From: Octopus bimaculoides
Taxonomy: Eukaryota
Direction: 5' to 3'
Assembly: GCF_001194135.2 (NCBI RefSeq)
Contig: NC_068981.1
Span: 149,544,330 to 149,577,121, forward strand
DNA: 32,792 bases
Made by a program: the position numbers and the translations under genes. The notes beneath the pieces were generated by a model. That model saw nothing but the letters and a program-made list of their open reading frames with translations. It was not told the origin of the DNA and made no database searches. Shown here piece after piece: positions 12,118 to 23,450 of the stretch; position 1 is the first letter of the stretch; every line of letters starts with the position of its first letter.

Positions 12118-12520
12118 ATATTGTTATATTTCAGGATTGTCATTTTTGTATTTTTTTCTCGCCAAATGAATACACGCACTATATATTTGTTCTTGATTTG
12201 TTTATTATTCTTCTTATTTCATGTTCATAGTCTGGAAACCTTTCGCCACATACTTGCGACCTTTTCAGCGACTCTGTATCCCAGGTGTCTCCCCGTGTTC
12301 TGTTTAGTCCATTTTCTTTAGTCTATTTAGAGAATGAACTAAACACAACAGCGGGAGACACGTGGAATAGATAGTCATTGAAGAGGTCAGAGGTGTATGA
12401 CAAAAGATTTCCAGACAATGGACATAAAATAAGAACAATAATAAATAAGTGAAGAACGAATATATAGTGCATGTGTTTATTTGGCTAGAAAAAATGACCA
12501 TCCCGAAATATAACAATATA
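12118..12520. repeat. ~200-bp imperfect inverted repeat (palindrome) of a PLE terminal segment
   Basis: 12118-12317 and 12331-12520 are diverged reverse complements; a third, direct copy lies at ~13395-13581, downstream of a hammerhead-like motif. Confidence 0.8.
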
Positions 12521-12740
12521 TATATTACGTCATTGTAAAGAAACATAAGTTTGTTTTTGAAGCGTTGAAATGTATTGTAGAACAAGTAGAAATATATATT
12601 TTTCAACACGTAAATACTTAACAGTATATATAAAGGATAAAATCCTTTTATGATGTAATCTATATGACATTTAACGTTTCTGGATCACTTTATAACTTCT
12701 AAATTTGCAGAAGTCGCCGGTCGGCAGTTTAACTTAATGA

Positions 12741-13581
12741 GCAATAGACAGAGAACAACACTGGAAAATACGAATGCTAAAAGAAGCAGCACATATGCTA
12801 GGACACAACGACCTCCTTAGCAGACCGAGTGCAGATATGAGTAGCAGATGGTAACCGGTATTAAGGAAGTATGGGAAAATATTAGATTTGTAAGCCCTAG
12901 AATTCACTCCATAATTGTTACTTCCCCTACAGCCCAACACCACTACACCACACAACACCACATCACATCGCACCACCATACAGACACTAGCACTGACCAC
13001 TTAAAAGCACCAACACCATCATCCACACACGCACACGTCAAGGTCACCAGCCCTCTTCCACATGGACATACATGCTCTCTTATACACACGCACGCGCACC
13101 TTCGTTTTGGGATTACCACTACTTTATTATCTCCCCTTCTTCCTAGCTCTTCTGTGCGACTCTTCTGTCCGGCATTCGCCATGATAGATCGCTAGCCACT
13201 ACACATTCTTTATTTTCTCTCCCTGTTTCTTTCTGTGTTCCTTTCTGTGAAAGAGCGTAGGCTCGAAAGGTTAAAGACTTTTTCACTTCCCGAGCGTTAA
13301 ACTAATGCATCTGTTTGTTGTCTACATCACCTGTCTTCGTCTTTTTTATTTTTGTGAATTCTCCCCAACAATATATGTGTGTGTGTGTGCGTTTATTGTT
13401 GTATTTCAGGATGGTAACTTTTTTGCCAAATAAACACACGCACTATATATTCGTTCTTCACTCGTTTATTACTGTTCTTATTTTAAATCCTGTCCATTGT
13501 TCGGAAATCTTTTGTCACACATTTGTGACCTCTTCAGCGACACTTTCCGCCCTCATGTGTGCTCTTGCTCCGCGTAGTCCA
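12741..13581 (+). mobile_element. 5'-truncated Penelope-like element, third family: GIY-YIG C-terminus, 3' region and hammerhead-like motif
   Basis: From 12744 reads IDREQHWKIRMLKEAAHMLGHNDLLSRPSADMSSRW*PVLRK (IDRE..W..R..KEA.H and W.P.L pattern). 12930-13115 is homologous to 17598-17830 on the minus strand. Confidence 0.7.
13241..13276 (+). ncRNA. Degenerate hammerhead-like motif
   Basis: CTTT-CTGTGAAA-GAGC-GTAG-GCTC-GAAA-GGTT-AAAG: stem I and stem II intact, core damaged. Confidence 0.45.
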
Positions 13582-13612
13582 TATATATATATGTGTGCGT
13601 GCGTGTGTGCGC

Positions 13613-13653
<41 letters not shown>

Positions 13654-13689
13654 TGTGTGTATATATATATGTATATATATATACATCAA

Positions 13690-13890
13690 TGTATACCGTG
13701 TCTGATGACGTCGGAGCTTAACTGGATGTTCTAGGCTTAGATCAAGATTAAATGACTCTACAGAACAAGCCATTAGTCCGTCAGTATTAATCCAGAAATA
13801 CCCGTGGTTCAGCGTGTTGTGGATCAACTTGAAATAAACTTCCTTGCTCAAAGCCTCAACGCGCTGACCGATGCAATGAGAGAACATATG
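13690..13890 (-). mobile_element. Diverged SINE remnant
   Basis: AAATAAACTTCCTTGCTCAAAGCCTCAACGCGC resembles the reverse-complemented conserved SINE core also seen at ~5435-5455. Confidence 0.4.
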
Positions 13891-16800
13891 GTCTAACGAA
13901 CGGTAGCTCAAAAACCTGGCCATTAGGCGTAAATATATTAATATAGGTTTTTAATTATATAAATTAGTGCAAATATTAACTGAACAAAGAATTCAATACG
14001 TGAAATGGCGATAAATATATACTATAGAAAAGATATTCTTTTGAATTTTGTCCATGCTGGGTCTGAAACTGTGATAGAATAAGTGAAATTAACTGTATAA
14101 ACAGAATGAGATAAACGAAGCCAGAGTGAATTATAAATAATAGTTGACTGAGAATATTTTAGAAAGGGAAAAACAAATAGAAATTGCCAATGAAGTGTAA
14201 AAAAGAAGTAAGTAAGAAGAATGTGCAAATCTGGAACGAGATTTAGATCAATAATCTTATGTGTATATATGTATGATTTAGGTGTATAATATAGGTGTAA
14301 ATAAGGGATTGTTTTGTCAGTTGTAAAAAATACTAAATGCGAACACCTAATATTTGAAATGTTAACTCAAATTTGTGTGCTGTGTAAGACAAGAATATGA
14401 AACATTAGAAAGCTAATATTGAATAAGATCAAAGTCAAAAGAGAAATCGATTCTGTCAGGTTCTGATAAAATATAGTTATATGTCTTCATGAAGGCTATA
14501 AAAAACTGAATATGCTGCAATTTATTTTAACAGCTATAGAGATTCTATATTATACAAATAGATTTGCTAGCATATATATATATATATATACGTGCACACA
14601 TACACACTAATTCACAAATACTCACACAATATGCGTACAGATGCAGACGTATATAAATGAACACACACTCACGTAAACACACACACATTCTCTCCTAATA
14701 GTATACATACGTACATAAATAAGGATGTAGATATAGAAATACCAACGCACCTGCATAACACATTAATATAAGTGAATGTAAATAAAAGAAGATAACAGGA
14801 TAAGGGAGGAATAACAATTAAAGAATTTGTATGAAATGTATGGCAGGCACATGTGGGATTGTATGGCAAAAAAGGAATAGCGGGATCTACTTGAGCAAGT
14901 ACACGATTCTGTGGAGAAAAATGAGACCATCCTACATTCAAGTAAAATTGTAGGGTGGTCTCCTTGTGTTGGGGTTTCAAACAAATTACACACAACTCTG
15001 ACAAATAACAATGTAGTGTAACTGTGAAAGTTATTCTTCAGAAAAGATTGGCAAGGAGATAGATGGGATTTTCTAAAATTAATGACTAGTTAAGGAAAAG
15101 CACAGTACCTTGTAATACCTATATGCCTTAAACAGTTTAGTTGACAGAAAACAGTTTCTGAATTTTGGACCATTTGTTTACTGGCTCTTAGGATTATAAT
15201 AGACCCACGACTTTTTAATTGCGTAATATCATTCTCTTCGTATCAAATGTTTATTTTCATTTTGATCATTTTCACAGCAGCTAAAAAGCAAAATTCATAT
15301 ATTTTCGTTTTGCTTTTGGAATGTATTTGTATGTTCTGATTAATTCTCAATGGTTCAGGATAATTTTGATCTGAAGACCAATGGTCAATGAAAAAGCCAG
15401 GCAGATTTATGAAATTATGAATCTTAGATGAGGTTACGCATTTTTAGTAGGGTGCTTTTAGGATCTTTAAAATACAAGAGATATTTGTAAACTGTATGTC
15501 TCCAGTAAAAATAATAATCCATCGATACACTGAAAAACAATTATTATATTTGATAAAATCACAATTTGATAAAATCACAATTAACGCCTTTACATATAAT
15601 ACAGATGTAACAAAACTTACTAAAATCTCCCGTTTCATGTTAGTGACAGTGAAACAACTCTGCAGGCTCAAAGCACATGAGAGTGCGTGCAAATGCTTCT
15701 GCTATGCTTAAGCTGAAGCAGATTTTGTTCATGATTTGAAATTTGATTAAATTATGTGTAAGAAATATAGCAAAACAAATTCAGCGCATATATCATTTTT
15801 ACGTGTTGTACATACACCCGTGTTGTCTTCGAGATTCATTCTTCCCGGATTGATACATTTTGGCACCAAGTCAATTATTAAGCTTAATAATATCAATTAA
15901 CAACCCTAAAATTCCTAACCTTGTGCCTAAATCAGGATCAATTAATTATAATAATATTGATATTATTAATAATAATAATGATGATGATATTATTAAGGCG
16001 TGTTGAGTTTTGCTCCACATTCTTGGACATCTAAACGGGTTTTAAGTTGGCAAAGTATCTGCATTAATATGAATACTAGTACAAAATAATTTTTTTTTAA
16101 TTTTGTCCCTTTAAGCTAGTCCTTCTCTCTAGACCATTTTCTTTCGACTCTTTGTAATTCCTGTCTTATTTCAACAACGTGGCGCCAAAACAACAAAATC
16201 AGGTTGATGTGTCTACGCAAACGATAATCAATATGTTTCTACAAACGCTAAACATTGGGGAAAATCGCTCGAATTTAAATCATTAGTACTGACGTATAGA
16301 GATTATGAAAAGAAAGAAAACAAATGAAATTCGGACTTTTCAAGCATCGGAGTTGATTTTAATATCGCTCGATGTCAGGCCTAATAGCAAAACATCAACA
16401 ATGGCACTCATACATATACACAAGATTTATCTCGCAAAAACACAGAAAAGTAATTTTATCAATATTCCTTCGAACAGCGAATGTGTAAATATGGACCCAG
16501 ATCAAAATCAGAAGGACTTTTATTCATGCTACATTAATAAACTCTCTCTTCTTTCTCTAATTATACATCTATACGTTTTGGAGCAGGCAAGAAGCAAACT
16601 AACGTACTCACGCTCGGTAAAAGCGAAGTTAGGCTCGCTATATTGTAAAATAGGCAACTAGCAGCCTTGAATGGTATGTGGAGTAATAGAGTATTTCCTC
16701 CTCGATAGAAAACATACGAAACCGTCTCCACGCACTTGAAGATCGTGTGCGAGGTGGAACGGAAGATAGAAATTTACTTGAAATATCCATTTCTACATTC

Positions 16801-17319
16801 ATAAACCAATTTACGGAGCGATGCGGTACAAACATGTGAGTGGAACTTCAGTGACAGACGGATAGCGGAGAGCAAAGGTCCAGCTCTTATACTTGTAGTA
16901 TCAAGAATCATTATTTGAAACTTTTTGATTCAGAAAGTGTGTACATACATATGTATATATCGAGGTATGTTCCCTATTTTAAATTTCCTCTAAAAAAGGT
17001 GTTGGTTTCTATCAAAGATACAAAGTTTCATTATTGGAATATAGAATGCATATGTGTATATACACACACACGGGCGTACACACACAAACACACATATACA
17101 CACTGACTCACACACACACTGACACACATTACACGCACGTATATATCAAATACACGCATTTCATTATTCAAGTTACTTTTTTATCTTTGACGCGTTGCAA
17201 TTACCGCTATAAGGTAGGTAGTCGAAAAAATTCACCCAAGTACATTTTTTTTTTGAAAGTTTGGCACTTATTCTATGAGTCAACTTAGACATGAACCGCT
17301 ATTGTTGTGGACTTAAACA

Positions 17320-17414
<95 letters not shown>

Positions 17415-17569
17415 AATATATATATAATCAAATTAAAACATAGGGTAAAAAATCAGATATTAATTAATATGGATTTATTACCAGGAAGCTAGCACATTTA
17501 AAGAATCAGCACATTAAATGTCCACTTTAGTGGTCATCGTTATATATAAACATATACTTTAATCCCCTA

Positions 17570-18655
17570 AGATCTCAGATATTTCTTCTGAATCTCTCTG
17601 ACTGGTGATCCTAAAACGAAGATGCGCGTGCGTGAGTATGTAAGAGTGTGTAAGTGTGTGCGTATGAATAAGGTATGGACACTTTGATGCGTAGATGTGT
17701 GCGTTTGTGTATGCGTCTGTAATGTGTGGGTGTGTGGATGATGGTGTGGGTGCTGGGAAGTAGTTAGTGCTAGTGTGTGCGGTGTGGTGTGATGTGGTGT
17801 GCTGGTGTGTGGTGTGGTGTAGCATGGCGTGGTGTGGTGGTGTGTGGTGTGGTGGTGTGTGGAGTGGAGTAGTGGTNNNNNNNNNNNNNNNNNNNNNNNN
17901 NNNNNNNNNNNNGCGGATTTGGGGATGAGGATGTGAGGTAGGTGTGAGGTATGTCGGAGCCGGATGCGTAGGGGTTGGGTATCGATGGAGGGAGTATCGA
18001 TGAAGAGAGAGGGTAGGTAGGAGTGAAGAGAGGAAGTAGGTGTCAGGGCAAGAGAGGACAGGAGAGGTGGATATGAGTGAAGAAAGTAAGTATGTGTCAG
18101 ATGAAGAGAGGAGAGAGGGAAGTCAGATGAAGAGGGAATGGAGTTGAGCCCATGTGGCGCAAAGGAGCGAAGAGAGAAGATAAATTTCTGTTCACGGTGA
18201 AGGCAGGGAGTCTGGATGACACTTGTCCAAAGGCAATCCGAACACAGACACGTGTTGTAATGAATGACTGGTAGAGCGAGGCCGGAGTATCGTTGCCGAA
18301 TCTAATATCTCAGAGGTGCTCCACGAACCGGCCATCCAAGCAGCGTCCCGTTTGACTGATGTACAGAGAAGGACAGAAAGAGCAGTAGATGCAGTTAATG
18401 ACGTTTCTAGAAGTGCAGGTAAAGGAGTCAGTGATATGATAGGAACGATAATGGGTGCCTGTGAGGATGGTAGTGTTGGAGAGTTAGGGAAAAGTGCGGC
18501 AGCGTGGGCGGGAGCAAGAGAAGGAAGCAGGTTGGGAGGTGGTGTTAGTGAAGAAACTGTGGACCAGGAGGTCACGTTGGTTGTGGGCTTGTTTGAAGGA
18601 GGGGAAGGGTAGGTTGGGGAATATGTGCGATGTGGAAGGTCGGACTGGAGTCGTT
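17570..18655 (-). mobile_element. Penelope-like element 3' half: linker/Zn motif, GIY-YIG endonuclease (stops and frameshifts) and 3' region
   Basis: Minus-strand frames give PSFKQAHNQRDLLVHS...SFSCSRPRCRTFP, then TCTSRNVINCIYCSFCPSLYISQTGRCLDGRFVEHL*DIRFGNDTP, then HSLQHVSVFGL. This is the typical PLE linker plus a degenerate GIY-YIG motif. Confidence 0.85.
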
Positions 18656-18659
18656 GGAA

Positions 18660-19802
18660 GGCACGTAAAAAGCACTATCCGAACGTGATCGATGCCAGGA
18701 CCGCCTGACTAGCTCCTGTGCCAGTGGTTCCCTGATCTTTTATCTGGTGCGGAAATTGGGGAGAGACAAGTGGTTCGTAAGAGCTGTACAGGGATGCTGG
18801 CAATAAGGTGAGGGTTGGCAACGAGTATAGTGAAGAATTCCGAGTAGAAGTAGGGGTTCACCAAGGATCAGTCCTTAGCCCCCTCTTATTAATTATAGTC
18901 CTCCAGACAATAACAGGAATTCAAGACAGGCTGCTCCTGGGAGCTTCTCTTTGCTGATGACCTTGCTCTAATAGCTGATTCACTGCCAGAACTAGAGACG
19001 AGGTTTAGGGTGTGGAAGCAAGGTCTGGAATCGAAGGGCCTTAGGGTTAACCAAGCAAAAACCAAAGCCTTAGTAAGTAGGAAGGCTGTCAAATCACAAA
19101 CCCCTTCAGGTAGATGGCCCTGCTCGATCTGTAGAAAAAGCGTGGGTAGAAACTCCATATGATGTAATCCGTGTAAGCTAAGGACACATAAAAGGTGCAG
19201 CAATATCAAAAGAAGGTTAACCGGGAAAATAGTTTTTGTGTGTGGCAGATGCACAAGGGCAATAAACTCTGAAGATGTAGAGAAAACAGATTCCATCACA
19301 TAATAGGGGGAGAAACTAGAAGTAGTTAATAGCTTCCACTACCTAGGTGACCATGTCTGTAGTGGGGGTGCTTACTCTGAGAGGGTAGCGGTTAGAATAA
19401 GGATAGCCTGGGCAAAGTTCAGGGAGCTCCGACCTCTGCTGGCAGGTCCTTCGATGCCTGGTCCGGCAGACAGGCCCTTGTGCCGGTGGCACATAAAAAG
19501 CATCATCCGAACACGGCCAATGCCAGTATCCCATGACTGGCTCTCGTGCCGGTGGCACGTAAAAAGCGCTATCTTAACGTGATCGATGCCAGGACTGCCT
19601 GGCATCGTAAAAATGGAACGTAAAAAGCACCGACTACACTTTCGGAGTGGTAGGCGTTAGGAAGGGCATCCAGGTGTAGAAACACTGCCAGATCAGATTG
19701 GAGCCTGGCGCGGCCGCTGGCTCTCCAGACCTCAGTCAAACCGTCCACCCCATGCCAGCATGGAAAACGGACGTTAAACGATGATGATGATGATGATGAT
19801 GA

Positions 19803-19803
<1 letters not shown>
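18660..19803 (+). mobile_element. RTE-clade LINE remnant: partial RT pseudogene, internal deletion, 3' UTR tandem repeats and (GAT)n tail
   Basis: VGVHQGSVLSPLL (QGSVLSP 18862-18882), WELLFADDLALIA (FADD 18950-18961), GLRVNQAKTK, FHYLGD, RIRIAWAKFREL. Has a frameshift and stops. 3' end ...GCATGGAAAACGGACGTTAAAC(GAT)n. Confidence 0.9.
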
Positions 19804-19857
<54 letters not shown>

Positions 19858-20165
19858 AGTAAAAATAAATACAAAAAAGGTGGGCTTTTTTGTATGATTG
19901 TGTATAGAGGAATATATTATTTTGCTTAAAAGAGTTCCAACACTGTCTGTTTTTTATGTTTTATTTATATTCCTGCAGAACTAATGTGGGGTATAGAATA
20001 TGGAATATACAATATATAATATGATATACAATATACAATATAAAATAAAATAAAATAAAAATGGATGGCACCATGAAAGAAAGTATTGAATGTAGATGAA
20101 ATATTGAGTGTTCAATATAAAGGATCAAATATATAAATATATAAATATAAATATATATATATAAA

Positions 20166-20207
20166 GGCGACTCGAGTTTCAGGGCTATTTCCCTTCGTCA
20201 TGGCCGG
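20166..20207 (-). ncRNA. Hammerhead-like motif with palindromic stem III
   Basis: Minus strand: GGC-CAUGACGA-AGGG(AAAUAG)CCCU-GAAAC-UCGA-GUC/GCC. One extra A in the core. Confidence 0.55.
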
Positions 20208-20297
20208 TATGACAGACTTTAACAGACAGTAATGACCGTTAAACTATATAGATGTTATTCTTTCACTTTTGACACGTAATATTGAACCAGTGCCAAT

Positions 20298-20455
20298 GTT
20301 ATATTGTTCTCATGAAACAAAATATATCTTGACACTCACGGAGTCTGATACTATAACCTTGTAAAATTTGATTTGATTTGGTCGAGCCGTTTGAGAATGA
20401 ATAGGGAACAGACAGACAGATAGACAGACAGACAAATAATTTTATACATATACAA
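20298..20455 (-). mobile_element. Helitron-like non-autonomous element 5' fragment
   Basis: Minus strand TATGTATAAAATT...(TGTC)n...AAACGGCTCGACCAAATCAAATCAAATTTT...TCCGTGAGTGTCA follows the layout of invertebrate non-autonomous Helitron 5' ends and resembles 29575-29720. Confidence 0.45.
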
Positions 20456-20512
20456 ATAATGATGATAATGAATACGATGATGATGATCATGATTATTATA
20501 ACATTGGTTTTG

Positions 20513-20680
20513 AATTTTGATACAAGGCCGGCAATTTTAGAAGAAGGTTAATCGATTACCGTGACACCATCGCTCAGATTCTTTCGACCCTGAAAGGTTT
20601 AAAAGAAAAGATAACCTTAACGGAATTTGAACCAAGAACATACAGAATGCAAAATCAGACTGCTAAGCACTTTGTCCGAA
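20513..20680 (-). mobile_element. Diverged family B SINE
   Basis: ACAAGGCC...TCGACCCTGAAAGG...CGGAATTTGAAC...GCTAAGCA is homologous to the reverse complement of 27591-27732. Confidence 0.55.
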
Positions 20681-21049
20681 ATACTAAAGATTTTTTCAGC
20701 TTACAAAATGTAAGGCATTCACTAACAACGATTAAATAGAAATTAAGTACAAATAAATCTAGTTATCTCCTACCTTGCACACACAAAGAGAAAAATGACG
20801 TAAAGAAGTACCTTGAACCGTCTAGATGTTTCCTTCATATAATTAACAATGCTATGCTATGTTCATATTGAATGTTATATATAAACATTACTAAAATAGT
20901 GTAATTTACTCTGCGTGTAGGAAATTCACGAACCGCGAAACAAATTCAGTTTGATACATAAAAAAAGTGCAAGAAATAATACTTCTAAAAGCTGACATCA
21001 TAGGCAACATGGAAATATTTAAGAATAGGAATTTCTAAAGATTGAAGCC

Positions 21050-23450
21050 TGGAACATGATAATAATCAAAAGATGGAAATAACTAAGGAATCAAAATCGA
21101 TAGATCTCCTTGTGAAGCAAAGAAAGTACCACCCAAGGATAACACTCAACAATGAAAAAGCAACAACAATAACAGATGCAAAGCCTGCAATCTCAGACTT
21201 AGTGAAAACAGACACAATCACCAATATTGCTACATTAAACGGTATACATGCAGACACAATATTTATAAACATTTATTGTTACAGATCGTTAAACATCCAA
21301 GCCAACAGTATGAAAATCAAACATAAAAATTTTTTCACTCCTTAATAAAATCAATAACAAAAATATAAAACTGAAACAATGGAGATACAAATACTGCAGA
21401 AATAAAGAAGCCCGAAAAAATACGATGAGCCAAGAGTATATCTAATTTGTTTTCAAAGATATTCATTACACTAATTGATCTGCAGTACCTTATGGCTGCA
21501 ACCTGGAACCAAGTGAAACAGTTTGAACGGGAGAAATATTTCCTTATACAATTATATTTGAGAAAAATTGTCATCAAAACTTATAACGACAAAAAGAAAT
21601 GAATATTTTCAACATACTATCGTCTTCCCTTTCGATCTAATTGTATTTCTGGTTTCAAATAAAAATGACTGCGTATATTCAATATGCACATAACTCACTC
21701 ACTCACTCACTCACTCATTCACTCACTCACAAGGAACTCTAATTTAAATTATTTTCGGCACAACACTGGAGAGAGGAATAAGGTTTTTAGCTTTAATTCA
21801 CTGTTTTTCACTGATACGCAATAAACTGATTATATATGTTTCTACTTACGAATAAGAGTTACTATAAAGTGTCTCTGTGAGGAACAAATTCTTAATCTTA
21901 CAGAATTAATACTAATAGATAAATTACATCGACGATTGTAGATGAAAAGAAAGACCCCTAAAATTATAGAGCGTGTGATATAAGAGATCCTCCAAATAGA
22001 AAAGTATCAGTCGCTAAGAACACGTACGAAGACTGAACAAAACAAATAGTTTTATTGCAACTTAAAAAGAATTTATTAAGATATCGGAAATTATCCTTTC
22101 TATTATAGGAACAAGGCCGGAAATTTGGCGGGGAGGGGACTTGTCGATTACATCGACCCCAGTGTTTCACTGGTACTTAGTTTATCGATTCGGAAAGGAT
22201 GAAAGGCAAAGTCAATCTCGGTGGAAGATATCGGAAATAATACCACAGAGGTAATGCAGTGCCAACAACAAGAGATAAAAGATTTCGGCCAAAGATTATG
22301 TGAAAGAATCACAACATGTTAGGCTGCGTAAAAGAATAAATATAACATTGAACAATCGTTGCAAGAGATGTCGCCACACGAATTAATTCAGTCGAGACAA
22401 CTGTAATTCACCAGGAAATGATAAGATTCTAAATATTTGTTCAAAAGATTTAACAGATGCCTAAAAGGAACTAGCAGAGACAAGATATTGGTGCCGATAT
22501 CTTATGCCGGGGCATTAAGATACTGAACCAGCCTTACTACAACTTACACAGTATTACCTGCCAAATTGTCGCAGAGGATAAGATAACGTAAGGGAAAAAG
22601 AACCTCTTTGAAGAAAAGTAGAAGGGATACTGCAAAGTTTATATAGTTCTAAAGAACTATTACTCAATAACAAAGCTGGATCTGTATGACTAAACTTTGT
22701 AGAAGAGGAAAAAATGTCTAAATATGGATAGACTGACTGCTAAAATGCTTTTGACAAGGTTTTCCATACATGGATCCAGGAAATATTAGCCCTGTACAAG
22801 ATAACTTTTATTATAAGAAAGTACATTAAACACGTAATGAGGAAACGGCAAACAATTCATCAGAGAAGCGGGGAAATGATAAAAGAATTTGACTTCACCT
22901 TTATTAAAAGAGGGATGTACCAAGAGTTTTGTGCCTCCACTTTTCATATGACTGATGTTAGCAAGTGAAATCTAAATCTGAAATAAGAGCGGACATTCAT
23001 ACAAATGCTGACAATCAACCACCTTTTATATATGGGCACCCTCAAGTTTTAGGCTGTAGAAGATAATCTATGAAAAACTGATTTTGCACGGATTTACAAC
23101 AGAAAATCAGATTAGGATAATTGAACAATGAGTTGAATAAGCAGTCTAAAGTATACTATGTTTAAAAGAATCCCGCAAGAATTGAGTTCACTAATGCAAT
23201 ACTCATTATCAGAGGCCATTCTGGATAAAACAATAGCAATATCCTAGTAGTGTTTCATTGAAAATACGTATTAATACTACATAGTTTTTTTTTTAAGTTC
23301 CAGAGAAAAATGTAAAAGTTATGTGTGTGCGTGCAGAAGACAGTTAATCACTCAAGCAAAGGCATGGGCTTCATAATAAACAAGGAAAATATCTCTAAAC
23401 AGAAGAAATAGCGAAACTCATGCGAAGAATACCCACTAAAAATAAAGAAA
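21050..23450 (+). mobile_element. Heavily decayed R4/Dong-like (RLE-type) non-LTR retrotransposon
   Basis: Ordered motif remnants: EQNK*FYCNLKRIY (22035), SPGNDKI (22408), SKELLLNNKA, WID (22725), AFD (22747), HTWIQEILALYKI (22765), IKRGMYQ (22903), INHLLYMGTLK (23014; from NHLLYMDDLK). Many stops and frameshifts; limits approximate. Confidence 0.75.
22092..22224 (-). mobile_element. 5'-truncated family B SINE nested in the Dong-like LINE, with target-site duplication
   Basis: Homologous to 27591-27732; flanked by AAGATATCGGAAAT at 22078-22091 and 22225-22238. Confidence 0.85.

Noticed and set aside
14669-15004. ORF starting MSELCVICLK (RING-like CxxC)
   Set aside because: Remaining RING ligands are absent and the ORF runs into simple repeats.
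15371-15400. CTGAAGA...GAAA hammerhead-like spacing
   Set aside because: The local hairpin overlaps the core itself and no stem III/NUH can be formed.
18316-18612. 98-aa plus-strand ORF resembling a Gly/Ala-rich protein
   Set aside because: Antisense to the PLE GIY-YIG/linker region.
18889-19299. 136-aa minus-strand ORF
   Set aside because: Antisense to the RTE reverse transcriptase.
19478-19650. CRISPR-like repeat-spacer appearance
   Set aside because: Eukaryotic LINE 3' UTR, only 2-3 diverged units, spacers mutually related, no cas genes.
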